From Hyalangium minutum (lineage in GTDB: Bacteria; Myxococcota; Myxococcia; Myxococcales; Myxococcaceae), in NCBI RefSeq assembly GCF_000737315.1, contig NZ_JMCB01000001.1, positions 186,001 through 250,000 on the forward strand: a stretch of DNA of 64,000 nucleotides, written 5' to 3'. The notes beneath the pieces were generated by a model. The model worked only from the letters and a program-made list of their open reading frames with translations. It was not told the origin of the DNA and did no database searches. Below are positions 21,005-30,799 of the stretch, in pieces. Made by a program: the position numbers and the translations under genes. How positions within the stretch are numbered: the first letter of the stretch is position 1; each line of letters starts with the position of its first letter.

Positions 21005-21718
21005 GTGAATGGGGGTGGCGCCTATCTTCCATTCAGCGGAAGCTTCCGGCCCACCGTGGAACCGTCCGTCCATTTCACCGAGCTGACCGAAGGCGCCTTG
21101 CCGGAGCCTCTCTTCCGCCGCCTGCTGCGGCGCATGAGCGCCCTGGGCACCGAGCGGCTGCGCACCACCTACCAGACGACCTTCTGGTACGGCTTCGGCG
21201 AGCCCACCAACGTGGTGGAGGAGGCCATCCTCTTCCTGCGGCCGCGCGTGGTGAAGAACCTGCGCATCATCGGCGCGGAGTGGTGGCTGAGCCGCATGTA
21301 CGCCACGGACGTGCGGGTGGACTTCCACCAGGACCGCGACGAGAAGCTCGCCCTGCGCACCGGGAAGCTGGTGCACCCGAGGCTGTCTTCCGTGTTCTTC
21401 CTGAACCGGGTGCGCGGAGGGGCGCTCGCCATCACCTCGCAGCTCCCGGATCCGTCCAACCCGTCGTTGGCCCCCCAAAAGTTGGATGACCTGACGCTGG
21501 TGGCCCCCCGCCCCAACCGCTTCGTGGTCTTCGACGGGAAGCTCACCCACGGAGTGCTCGACGTGAACAACCAGATCCCCGACCGGAAGCTCCCGGGGCG
21601 CACCCGGCTCCGGCGCACCATCGCGATCAACTGGTGGGCCACGCGCCCCTCGGACACCCCCACGTGGGAGGAGACTGGCATCTACCGGGCGCTCGGGCTC
21701 AGGAGCCGCTCTCGGTAG
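21005..21718 (+). CDS. Putative 2-oxoglutarate/Fe(II) oxygenase
   Basis: HQD...H(GV)...R(RTIAINWW) facial-triad pattern; start codon uncertain. Confidence 0.6.
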   Translation: MNGGGAYLPFSGSFRPTVEPSVHFTELTEGALPEPLFRRLLRRMSALGTERLRTTYQTTFWYGFGEPTNVVEEAILFLRPRVVKNLRIIGAEWWLSRMYATDVRVDFHQDRDEKLALRTGKLVHPRLSSVFFLNRVRGGALAITSQLPDPSNPSLAPQKLDDLTLVAPRPNRFVVFDGKLTHGVLDVNNQIPDRKLPGRTRLRRTIAINWWATRPSDTPTWEETGIYRALGLRSRSR

Positions 21719-22479
21719 CTACGGGCGCGCGCCGTCTCTCGCAGCCGGCGCGTCACCCGCTCGGCCCACTCGGGCTCGATCTCGATGCATGCGGGCCTGC
21801 GCCCCAGCCGCAGCGCCGACGCCGGCGTCGAGCCGCTCCCCGCGAACGGATCCAGCACCGTCTCCCCAGGCCGGCTGTACGTCCTCACCAGCGGCTCCAG
21901 CACCGAGAACGGCTTGTGGTGCGGATGGTTGCCCCACCGCCCCGCCTCGCCGTCGTCGTCGTAGCCGCTCACCACGGCCCACGCCACTGGCGGATCCCCC
22001 AGGCCTGGCACCGGCGCCAGCGTCCGAGCGAACACCAGCGCCACCTCGTACACCCGCAGCAGTTGCTCGTTGGCGTTCTTGTCCGTGGTGCGCTTGCCCC
22101 AGACGTACTCGCCGCGCAGGTGCGTGTAGCCGAGTTCCCGCGCCACCGTGGTGATGGGCTCCTTGCCCAGCAGGTTCGTCCAGATGACCAGCGGCGCGTC
22201 CGGCGTGAGCCACGCGACAGCCTGCGTCATCCACTTCTCCGTGAAGACACGGTAGTCCCGCACGGTCTCGAAGCGGACGATGGGGTTGCGATCAATCTTC
22301 TTGTGGGCGCGAGGGTCTCGCTCGTCCCCACCCTTCCTGCGCCGCGTCAGCAGGCAGTACGGCGGATCCGTGAGAAGCAGGCTGGCGCGGTTCTCCCCCA
22401 GCGCCGCCCGGTAGCCGTCCACCTCCCGCGCATCGGCGCGGTGGCAGCGCAAGGACTCGGCTGGCAGATCGGTACTCAT
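21682..22479 (-). CDS. Orphan amino-methyltransferase (N6-A/N4-C, beta-class motif order)
   Basis: TDPPY (motif IV) before HPHHKP and VLDPFAGSGST (motif I). Confidence 0.88.
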   Translation of the reverse strand: MSTDLPAESLRCHRADAREVDGYRAALGENRASLLLTDPPYCLLTRRRKGGDERDPRAHKKIDRNPIVRFETVRDYRVFTEKWMTQAVAWLTPDAPLVIWTNLLGKEPITTVARELGYTHLRGEYVWGKRTTDKNANEQLLRVYEVALVFARTLAPVPGLGDPPVAWAVVSGYDDDGEAGRWGNHPHHKPFSVLEPLVRTYSRPGETVLDPFAGSGSTPASALRLGRRPACIEIEPEWAERVTRRLRETARARSYRERLLSPSAR

Positions 22480-22530
22480 CCAGCGCCACCCTACACCCGG
22501 CCGCGCCGGGCTCAAGCGGTTGCGCTGGAC

Positions 22531-22770
22531 TCAAGACACCGCGCCCACCTCCGAACGTGAGACGGCGGCAATCTCCCGGACGGGCACGCGAGGGTGCGTG
22601 CGGAAAATCGCGAAGTCGGTCCCCGCCTCCGTCACCACATCCATCATCTGATCGATGAACAGCTCGCCAGCCCGGAGCTGCACGGCCACGGGACGCCGCC
22701 TCAGCACCGTCTCCTCGAGCACATCAATGAAGTCACACTGCCCTACATCATCCTGGCAGATACGGCTCAT
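22531..22770 (-). CDS. Small protein resembling Rho-binding antiterminator Rof
   Basis: CDFIDVLE...V.LRAGE pattern recalls the Rof N-terminus (CDxYDxLE); about 79 aa. Confidence 0.5.
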   Translation of the reverse strand: MSRICQDDVGQCDFIDVLEETVLRRRPVAVQLRAGELFIDQMMDVVTEAGTDFAIFRTHPRVPVREIAAVSRSEVGAVS

Positions 22771-22987
22771 GAAACACCTGATCCGGACAGCGCCGGCTTC
22801 GAGGCGCGGTGACACGCCTCCCCCTGTCACTTCACCCTGGCCGTAACGAGCCCAGGACTTGGACGCAACTCCAAGCCCCGAAGCTACCGATCTCCAGACC
22901 TTCCGTGAAGAACTTGGGACTCCGGGTCCCTGCAGGTGTCTGCCCGGCGTCCAGGGTTGGACACCTGGGCAGGAAAATTTCCTGAGA

Positions 22988-23836
22988 TCAGCGATCGCCG
23001 GCGGCGTAGTCCTTCGCGTAGTCCTTGAAGGTGCGGGGCGGGCGGCCGAGCACGTCCTTCACGCCGCTGGCCGTCGCGGCGGACCAGCCGTTTTTGATCA
23101 GCGCGTTGAGCTCCATCAGGCCGTCCACCACCCACGCGGGCATCTGCATGTCCAGCATGGACTTGCGAGCGCCCTCCTCGGGCACGTCCACGTAGGAGTA
23201 ATTGCGGCCCAGCGCCTGGCCGAGGATGGCCAACGCCTCGGCGTCACTGAGCGCCTCGGGCCCGGTGAGCTCGTACGCCTTGTTCTCGTGCCCCGGACTC
23301 GTGAGGACCGTTGCGGCCACCTCGCCAATGTCCCGCCCGTCCACCCACGCTGCCTTGCCCTGGCCATGCGGCGCGTAGACGGTGCTGTCCTTCTTCGGAT
23401 CCGCGCCATAGAAGTTGAAGAAGTTCTCCATGAAGAAGGTGGGCCGCAGCATCGTCCACGCGATGCCGCTGTCCTTGATGGCCTTCTCACTGGCCCGGTG
23501 CAACCGGCCCATGGCGATGCCCGGCTCGGCCTCCACGCCCATCACCGACAGCTTGACGATGTGCTTCACCCCCGCCTTCTTCGCCGCGTTCACCAGTGCC
23601 TGGGTGTACTCCACCTGCTTCTCGGACGTCGGCGTGAGCAGGAACAGCTTCTCCACGCCCTGCAGCGCCGGCCCGAAGGTCTCCGGCTTGTCCCAGTCGA
23701 ACGGGACCGCCTCCACGCCCTGCCCCTTGAGCTTGTCGGGCGAGCGGGTTCCCACCTTGAAGCGCACCCCCTTGGTCTTGAGCGCCTTCACCGTGGAAGA
23801 ACCAATCGTCCCCGTCGCACCTGTTACGAGAATCAT
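22988..23836 (-). CDS. NmrA-like / SDR NAD(P)-binding oxidoreductase
   Basis: ILVTGATGTIG, LRPTFFMEN, YELTGPE. Confidence 0.9.
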   Translation of the reverse strand: MILVTGATGTIGSSTVKALKTKGVRFKVGTRSPDKLKGQGVEAVPFDWDKPETFGPALQGVEKLFLLTPTSEKQVEYTQALVNAAKKAGVKHIVKLSVMGVEAEPGIAMGRLHRASEKAIKDSGIAWTMLRPTFFMENFFNFYGADPKKDSTVYAPHGQGKAAWVDGRDIGEVAATVLTSPGHENKAYELTGPEALSDAEALAILGQALGRNYSYVDVPEEGARKSMLDMQMPAWVVDGLMELNALIKNGWSAATASGVKDVLGRPPRTFKDYAKDYAAGDR

Positions 23837-23896
23837 GTTCCCTCTCCGTCTTCGTTGATCAAACAGCGGGTGCACGATGCCACGAGCCCGAGGAGA

Positions 23897-24631
23897 TCAG
23901 CCAGATCCCCTGCCCTCCGGCGGGCCGCCCCCGAGTGCCACGCCGCGCTGCAGCCGCTCCTGGCCGAAGGGACACAGGTCCAGCACGGGGCAGCGTCCGC
24001 ACGCGGGCGACTGGTGGTAGCAGCAGCGCTGGCCATGCAGCATCAGCGCCTCGTGGTGGTCGTAGACCTGCTGCGCGTCCCATCTCTGAGGGAGAAGCGC
24101 GGCCAAGATCGCGTGCGAGGGCCCCACGGGGATGCGGGCCGAGAGCAGCCCCAGCCGGACGGCGACGCGGTAGTGGTGGCTGTCCACGGGCAGCGCGGGC
24201 ATGCGCAGGCGGCTGAAGAGGAGCACGGCGGCGCTCGTCTTCGGCCCCACGCCGGGCAGCGCCTCCAGCCAAGCGCGCGCCTGGGGCACCTCCATCCCCT
24301 CGAGGAAGTCGAGCGTCAGCGCCCCGCCTTGGCGCGTGGTGATCTCGCGGAGGACGGCCTGGAGACGCGGCGCCTTCTGCTCGGGCCAGGTGACGCTGGC
24401 GATGGCGTCCTGCACCTCCTGCAGCGGCGCGTCCCGGACGGCCTCCCAGGTGGAGAACCGGCTCCGGAGCTGCCGGAACGCCCGGCCCGAGTCCGCGTTG
24501 CGCGTGCGGTGGGACAGCAGCGCGGAGACCAGCTCGCTCAGCGGATCCAGGTCGTGGAAGAAGGGAATCGGACAGCCATACGCGGCGCACAGGCGCTCGT
24601 GCACCCGCATCACCTTCTCGGACAACTCCAT
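23897..24631 (-). CDS. Endonuclease III-like HhH-GPD DNA glycosylase with Fe-S cluster
   Basis: LPGVGPKT HhH, PVDSH, CC-x6-C-x2-C-x5-C. Confidence 0.88.
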   Translation of the reverse strand: MELSEKVMRVHERLCAAYGCPIPFFHDLDPLSELVSALLSHRTRNADSGRAFRQLRSRFSTWEAVRDAPLQEVQDAIASVTWPEQKAPRLQAVLREITTRQGGALTLDFLEGMEVPQARAWLEALPGVGPKTSAAVLLFSRLRMPALPVDSHHYRVAVRLGLLSARIPVGPSHAILAALLPQRWDAQQVYDHHEALMLHGQRCCYHQSPACGRCPVLDLCPFGQERLQRGVALGGGPPEGRGSG

Positions 24632-24824
24632 GCCCGTCAGACCTCCTGGCCTCATGGGTTGTGAGGCTCTCATGTGACCTGACAGGTTAGCTCCGGCGCT
24701 GGCGCCCTACCGGGTTTCGAGGGGGCTCATGACGCGGGGCGTTCACTGAGCAACGGGGGTTCTTCCATGGACGGAGCGACCCAGCCCGGCATAGCGTCTC
24801 GCCACCCCGAGCGCACGAGTGTCC

Positions 24825-26234
24825 ATGAGCTGGAATCCCCTTCGCGCCCTGCTGGCCTGCCTCCTCCTCGCCGCCCCCGCCGTCCAAGCCGAGGAGCCCG
24901 CCGCGCCTTCGAGCCCCGCACCCGCGCCGGAGGTGCCTCCCAACCAGTCCCCACTCCCCGCCGAGTCCGCACCGCCTCCCGAGGCGCCTCCTCCCTCGGA
25001 GGCATCTGACACGCCCGCCAGGCGCAAGGGCTGGGACATCCAGGGCGTGCCCGCCATCAACTTCAACACCGACGAGGGCTTCGGATACGGCGCGGTCCTG
25101 CTGCTGGTGGACCGGGCGGATGGCTCCTACGAGCCGTTCCGCTACTCGGTGATGTTGCAATTCTTCCAGACCACGCGGCAGGTGGCCTCGCACTTCATCA
25201 ACCTGGATGCGCCGCGGTTCCTCGGCTCGCCGTGGCGCATGGGCCTGGAGCTCGCGTATGCACGGACCAAGTTCGCCCCGTATTACGGCCTGGGCAACAC
25301 CGCGGACTACGACAAGGAACTCTCGAGCTGCGGTGATCGGGACGCACTGAAGGACAACCCGGATGTCTGCCCGGACAACACCGCGTTCCGGGGGCTGCGC
25401 TATTACACGTACGATCACCGGAGCCTGCCGCGCATCCGCCTCAACGCGCGTCGCGGGCTCTCCGACGAGTGGCTCCTCTTCCTGGGCTACCGCCTGCGCG
25501 TGGACCGGATCCGGATGCGCTACTCGGCGGATGACTTGGGCCAGACGGGCGACTCCAAGCTCTTCGAGGACACCTCCGCCGGTCTGCTCGAGCCCTATGC
25601 GGGCCCGGTCTCCGAGCCCCTCTCGGAGCGCACCTCCGAGATGCTCGTGGGCATCCAGTACGACACCCGCGACATCGAGTCCTCCCCCACTCGGGGCATG
25701 TTCCACGAGCTGTCCGTGCGCGGCGGCGCCAGCCCCCTGGGTAGCCAGCTCAACTACTGGGGCGCCACGCTCCACACGCGCTTCTTTCACCCCGTCATCC
25801 CCGGCTACTCGCGGCTCATCATGGGGTGGCGCGGCCTGCTCGATGTGATGGGCGGAGACGTCCCCATCTCCCTGCTCCCGTTCTACGGCGGGCTCGAGGG
25901 CAAGGACGGCCTGGGCGGCGTCTTCTCCGCGCGCGGCATCCTCCTGCGCCGCTACCAGGGGCCCGTGAAGCTGCTGCTCAACGGCGAGCTTCGGTGGACC
26001 CCGCTCTCCGCGCAGCCGCTGGGCCAGCAGTTCGACTTCACCTTCGCGGGGTTCCTGGACGCCGGGCGCGTCTGGAGCGACCTGCACTTCAGCGAGGGCG
26101 GGGGCTTGAAGACGTCCGCGGGCGGCGGGCTGCGCGTCATCTGGAACCGCGAGTTCGTCATCCGCCTGGACTACGGCGTCGGCATCACCGAGCCCACCAC
26201 CGGCTTCTACCTGGACATCGGCCACATCTTCTGA
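24825..26234 (+). CDS. Omp85/BamA-TamA family outer-membrane barrel without POTRA domains
   Basis: Signal peptide, Pro-rich linker, RG...RY and FLDAGRVW motifs, C-terminal FYLDIGHIF beta-signal. Confidence 0.8.
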   Translation: MSWNPLRALLACLLLAAPAVQAEEPAAPSSPAPAPEVPPNQSPLPAESAPPPEAPPPSEASDTPARRKGWDIQGVPAINFNTDEGFGYGAVLLLVDRADGSYEPFRYSVMLQFFQTTRQVASHFINLDAPRFLGSPWRMGLELAYARTKFAPYYGLGNTADYDKELSSCGDRDALKDNPDVCPDNTAFRGLRYYTYDHRSLPRIRLNARRGLSDEWLLFLGYRLRVDRIRMRYSADDLGQTGDSKLFEDTSAGLLEPYAGPVSEPLSERTSEMLVGIQYDTRDIESSPTRGMFHELSVRGGASPLGSQLNYWGATLHTRFFHPVIPGYSRLIMGWRGLLDVMGGDVPISLLPFYGGLEGKDGLGGVFSARGILLRRYQGPVKLLLNGELRWTPLSAQPLGQQFDFTFAGFLDAGRVWSDLHFSEGGGLKTSAGGGLRVIWNREFVIRLDYGVGITEPTTGFYLDIGHIF

Positions 26235-26327
26235 CGCGGCGCACTCGGGCCAGACGCCCTCGACAAGCTCGCGGCTCCTCTGCGATGACGGAGCCGCGCC
26301 GGACCGCCTCCCCGGCCTGGAGAGCTC

Positions 26328-28433
26328 ATGTCACCTAGGACTTCTCACCTCGCCTCGCCCTGCGCCCGAGCAGGCTTGCTGGCGCTCGCTTTGCTGCTCG
26401 GCAGCGCCTGCTCGGAGATGGATGCGGACACGGATCCGCTGGCGCGCATCACCCGCACGTTGGAAGCCTCGGGTGGAGCTGCCCCCCGCACGCTGGTGGC
26501 CAACGTGTACTACCGGGATCGCGCGGACCTCAACGCCCTGGCCACCGACTACGACGCGCTGGAGAAGGTGGATCGGCAAGCGGGCTTCGTGGTGCTCGCG
26601 CTCACGCCAGAGGATGCCCAAGCGCTGAGGGAGCGCGGCTACCGGGTGGAGCTGGACGAGAAGTCCACGCTGTCCGCCAACACGCCTCGTATCCCGGACG
26701 CGGCGCATCCCACGGGGATCACCTCCTTCACCTGCTACCGCACCATCGAGGAGAGCTATGCCTCCCTGGCCCAGCTCGCCGCAGCCCAGCCGAACATCGC
26801 CTCGTGGGTCGACATCGGGAACACCTGGGACAAGATCACGCGGCTCGGGCCTCCGGGGTACGACTTGTTCGCGCTGGTGTTGACCAACAAGGCACGGCCC
26901 GGGCCCAAGCCTCGCTTCTTCCTCATGGCCGCCATCCACGCGCGCGAGTACACCACCGCGGAGACGGCCACCCGCTTCGGCGAGTACCTCATCAACAACT
27001 ACGGCATCGATCCGGACGTCACCTGGATGCTGGACTACGGCGAGGTGCACATCGTCGTTCAGTCCAACCCCGACGGGCGCAAGGTCGCCGAGCAGGGCTA
27101 CACCCAGCGCAAGAACCGCAACACCACCAGCGGCAGTCAGACCTGCACCAACCCGCCCACGAACAGCAGCCAGTACGGCATTGACCTCAACCGCAACAGC
27201 ACCTTCGGGTGGGGTGGACCGGGCGCGAGCACGAGCCCCTGCAGCCTGACCTACCGGGGCCCGAGCGCGGCCAGCGAGCCGGAGACGCTCGCGCTCGAGA
27301 ACTACATCCGCTCGCTCTACCCGGACCGGCGGGGCCCCGGACGCGGAGACGCGGCGCCAGCGGACACGGAGGGCGTGATGATCTCCCTGCACAGCTACTC
27401 GGAGCTGGTGCTGTTCCCCTGGGGTGACAGCGAGTCCACCGTGCCGAACCTGGCCGGGCTGCGGGCGCTGGGCAAGCGCATGAGCTTCTACAACAACTAC
27501 GAGGCGTGCCAGACAGCCGTCTGCCTCTACGAGGCCGCGGGCGCCACGGATGACTTCACCTACGGCGAGCTGGGCGTGGCCTCGTACACCATCGAGATGG
27601 GCAACGACTTCTTCGAGAGCTGCAGCGCCTTCGAGGCAGACGTGTACCCGCGCAATTTCCCGGCGCTGCTCTACGCCTTCAAGGTGGTGCGCCGTCCGTA
27701 CCAGCTCGCGCAGGGCCCGGACTCGCGCTCGCTCACGCTGACGCCCGCCACCGTCGACCAGGGCCTGCCGGCCACCCTGCGCGCCACGGCGGATGACACC
27801 CGCTTCGGAAGCATTGGCGGCGCCGAGCAGACCCAGCCCATCATCGCCGCGCGTTACTCGGTGGATGCGCCCTCTTGGGTGCCGAACACGCCGGTCTACC
27901 CGCTGTCCGCGAGCGACGGTGCCTTCAACTCGACCCAGGAGCAGCTCACGGCCACGGTGAACACGTCCGGGCTGTCGTTCGGCCGCCACACCCTCTTCGT
28001 GGAGAGCCAGGACAGCTCGGGCGCCTGGGGGCCTCCCTCCGCCCTCTTCTTCACCGTCCATCAGCCTTTGCGCGCGGTCGGCGTGACGCCGGGCGCCTCG
28101 GGGACACAGGGAACGCGCGGGCAGCTCATCACCTACACACTGGACATCACCAACCAGGGCAGCCTTTCGGACTCGTTCCGGGTGGCGGTGACCTCGAGCT
28201 GGCCTGTCAGGACCTTGAGCTCGGTGGGGCCGCTGGGCGTGGGAGAGAGCTCCTCCGTGCAGGTAACGATCCTCGTGCCCCCAAACGCGCCGATGTGGAG
28301 CACGGACACCGCCCAGGTGCGCATCACCTCCATGGGAGATCCGCAGAAGGCGGCCACGGCCTCAATCGTCACCATGGCCACGAGCCCTGACCTGCCGCCG
28401 ACCTCCGTCACCGACGAGGACTCCACCTGGTGA
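26328..28433 (+). CDS. M14 zinc carboxypeptidase (lipoprotein) with C-terminal beta-sandwich domains
   Basis: IHARE, RKNR, DLNRN, SLHSYS, TIEMG; LGSAC lipobox. Confidence 0.9.
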   Translation: MSPRTSHLASPCARAGLLALALLLGSACSEMDADTDPLARITRTLEASGGAAPRTLVANVYYRDRADLNALATDYDALEKVDRQAGFVVLALTPEDAQALRERGYRVELDEKSTLSANTPRIPDAAHPTGITSFTCYRTIEESYASLAQLAAAQPNIASWVDIGNTWDKITRLGPPGYDLFALVLTNKARPGPKPRFFLMAAIHAREYTTAETATRFGEYLINNYGIDPDVTWMLDYGEVHIVVQSNPDGRKVAEQGYTQRKNRNTTSGSQTCTNPPTNSSQYGIDLNRNSTFGWGGPGASTSPCSLTYRGPSAASEPETLALENYIRSLYPDRRGPGRGDAAPADTEGVMISLHSYSELVLFPWGDSESTVPNLAGLRALGKRMSFYNNYEACQTAVCLYEAAGATDDFTYGELGVASYTIEMGNDFFESCSAFEADVYPRNFPALLYAFKVVRRPYQLAQGPDSRSLTLTPATVDQGLPATLRATADDTRFGSIGGAEQTQPIIAARYSVDAPSWVPNTPVYPLSASDGAFNSTQEQLTATVNTSGLSFGRHTLFVESQDSSGAWGPPSALFFTVHQPLRAVGVTPGASGTQGTRGQLITYTLDITNQGSLSDSFRVAVTSSWPVRTLSSVGPLGVGESSSVQVTILVPPNAPMWSTDTAQVRITSMGDPQKAATASIVTMATSPDLPPTSVTDEDSTW

Positions 28434-29665
28434 GGCGCTCCATGACACGGCTGTTCACCGCGCTCCTGGCCACCACCGCGCTCCTGGCCACAGGCTGCAA
28501 GAAGGAAGAGGCCCCCCGCGCGGATGCGGACTTCTACAAGAAGACCCAGGAGCAGCTGATCCGCGCCAAGCCGGGCACGGTCATCGAGCTGCCCGAAGGC
28601 CGTTTCCAGCTCGACCGGAGCCTGTCCTCCACCGTGGATGGCATCACCCTCCGCGGCAAGGGCATGGACAAGACGATCCTCTCCTTCAAGGGCCAGACCC
28701 AGGGAGCCGAGGGGCTGCTGGTCAAGGGCAACAACATCACCATCGAGGATCTGGCCATCGAGGACACGAAGGGCGACGCGCTCAAGGTCAACGGCTCGGA
28801 CGGGCTGGTGATCCGGCGCGTGCGGACCGAGTGGACGGGCGGTCCCAAGGCCACCAATGGCGCCTATGGGCTCTACCCTGTGCAGTGCCGGAACGTGCTG
28901 ATCGAGGACTCGGTGGCCATTGGGGCCTCGGACGCGGGCATCTACGTGGGCCAGTCCGAGCACGTCATCATCCGTCGCAACAAGGCGATGCGGAACGTGG
29001 CCGGCATCGAGAGTGAGAACACGAAGTTCGCGGACATCTACGAGAACACCGCGACGGAGAACACAGGTGGCATCCTGGTGTTCGACTTGCCGGATCTGCC
29101 CAAGCGCGGCGGCCAGGCCACGCGCGTCTTCAACAACGACATCTTCGCCAACACCACGGACAACTTCGCCCCCGAGGGGAACATCGTCGCCAAGGTGCCT
29201 CGGGGCACGGGCGTGATGATCATGGCCACCGACCAGGTGGAGGTGTTCCAGAACCGGATCCGCGACAACCCGACGGTGAACATGCTCATCGTCAGCTACT
29301 TCGTGGCGCAGAAACCCATCAAGGACAAGGGCTACGATCCCTACCCCGAGGCCCTCTCCATCCACGACAACACGTTCTCCGGCGGGGGAGAGTCGCCGGA
29401 CGGCGTGTTCTTGAAGCTGCTGGCGCTCAAGCTGGGCAAGCCGTTCCCGGACATCCTCTATGACGGGATTGTCGACGAGAAGAAGCGGACCCCGGCGGGC
29501 ACGCTGCCGGATGAGCTGCGCATCTGCCTCCGGAACAACGGCGATGCGGACTTCGCCAACGCCGATGTGGAGCACGACTTCGCGAACATCCGCAAGGAAC
29601 TGGCCCCTCATGACTGCCAGCACCCGAGCTACGCGCCGGTCCAGCTGACGGGAGTCATGCAGTGA
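28430..29665 (+). CDS. Parallel beta-helix lipoprotein (TIGR03805-like)
   Basis: LATGC lipobox; NGAYGLYPV, GASDAGIYVGQS, NVAGIESEN, NTGGILVFDLP. Confidence 0.85.
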   Translation: MRRSMTRLFTALLATTALLATGCKKEEAPRADADFYKKTQEQLIRAKPGTVIELPEGRFQLDRSLSSTVDGITLRGKGMDKTILSFKGQTQGAEGLLVKGNNITIEDLAIEDTKGDALKVNGSDGLVIRRVRTEWTGGPKATNGAYGLYPVQCRNVLIEDSVAIGASDAGIYVGQSEHVIIRRNKAMRNVAGIESENTKFADIYENTATENTGGILVFDLPDLPKRGGQATRVFNNDIFANTTDNFAPEGNIVAKVPRGTGVMIMATDQVEVFQNRIRDNPTVNMLIVSYFVAQKPIKDKGYDPYPEALSIHDNTFSGGGESPDGVFLKLLALKLGKPFPDILYDGIVDEKKRTPAGTLPDELRICLRNNGDADFANADVEHDFANIRKELAPHDCQHPSYAPVQLTGVMQ

Positions 29666-30789
29666 TGATGGGTCGTGTGCTGGTGGCCATGCTGGCCCTG
29701 GGGTTGGGGGCATGCAGCAAGGGGCGTGGGGAGGTCCACACCTTCGTGGAGGATCCCTATCCAGAGAAGCTGTCGGCGTGGGGGCTCTTCCAGGGTTCGG
29801 GCTGGACGCTCGAGCCCCAAGCGGGGGTCATCCCCTATTCGGTGAACACGCCGCTCTTCAGCGACTACGCGGAGAAGTACCGGACGATCTGGGTGCCTCC
29901 GGGCCAGGCGGCGCAATACCGGGACTCGGACGTGTTCGACTTCCCGGTGGGCACGATCCTGTCGAAGACGTTCATGTACCCGGTGGACGGGCGCGTGCCC
30001 GCGGCGCAGGGGCCTGGGCGGACGGCAGGCAACGCGGACAAGCGCTTCCGGCCAGTGGAGACGCGCATCCTGGTGCACGCGAAGCAGGGCTGGGTGTCCC
30101 TGCCCTACGTGTGGAACGAAGAGGGCACCGAGGCCACGCTGGAGGTGGTGGGCAGCAGCCGCAACGTGGAGGTGACGCACGCCTCGGGCGAGAAGCTGTT
30201 CGCCCACTACATGATCCCCAACGTGAACCAGTGCCAGGGCTGCCATGAGCGCGACAAGGCGATGACGCCCATCGGCCTCCAGGCGCGGCACCTGAACCGG
30301 GGCTATCCCTATGACGAGGGCCCCGAGAACCAGCTCGTGAAGCTGACGCGCGTGGGCTACCTGAAGGGCGCTCCGGCCCCCACGGCGGCGCCACGCAACG
30401 CCGTGTGGAACGAGCCCACCACGGGGACGCTGGAGGAGCGGGCGCGTGCGTATCTCGAGGCCAACTGCGCGCACTGCCACGATCGACGTGGACCCGCAGC
30501 GAGCTCGGGTCTGTACCTGGCCGCGCAGGAGAAGGATCCGCACACGCTCGGCCGCTGCAAGGCGCCCGTGGCCGCGGGCCGGGGCGCGGGCAAGGACCTG
30601 CCCTTCGACATCGTCCCCGGCAAGCCCGAGCGCTCCATCCTGGTGTACCGGATGGACTCGCAAGATCCGGGGGTGATGATGCCCGAGCTGGGGCGCTCGC
30701 TCATCCACCGAGAGGGCGTAGCGCTCCTCCGCGAGTGGATCCAACAACTCCAGGGCTCCTGCGACGACGAGCCCCGGACGGAGCGCTGA
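29662..30789 (+). CDS. SO2930-family diheme c-type cytochrome lipoprotein (TIGR03806-like)
   Basis: CQGCH and CAHCH heme motifs; KLSAWGLF, PLFSDYAEK, FPVGT, MPELGR. Confidence 0.85.
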   Translation: MMMGRVLVAMLALGLGACSKGRGEVHTFVEDPYPEKLSAWGLFQGSGWTLEPQAGVIPYSVNTPLFSDYAEKYRTIWVPPGQAAQYRDSDVFDFPVGTILSKTFMYPVDGRVPAAQGPGRTAGNADKRFRPVETRILVHAKQGWVSLPYVWNEEGTEATLEVVGSSRNVEVTHASGEKLFAHYMIPNVNQCQGCHERDKAMTPIGLQARHLNRGYPYDEGPENQLVKLTRVGYLKGAPAPTAAPRNAVWNEPTTGTLEERARAYLEANCAHCHDRRGPAASSGLYLAAQEKDPHTLGRCKAPVAAGRGAGKDLPFDIVPGKPERSILVYRMDSQDPGVMMPELGRSLIHREGVALLREWIQQLQGSCDDEPRTER

Positions 30790-30799
30790 AGGGAGGGCC

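Noticed and set aside
22594-22812. His-rich 72-aa ORF on the plus strand
   Set aside because: It is antisense to the more plausible Rof-like ORF, which has better codon bias and matches its neighbours' orientation.
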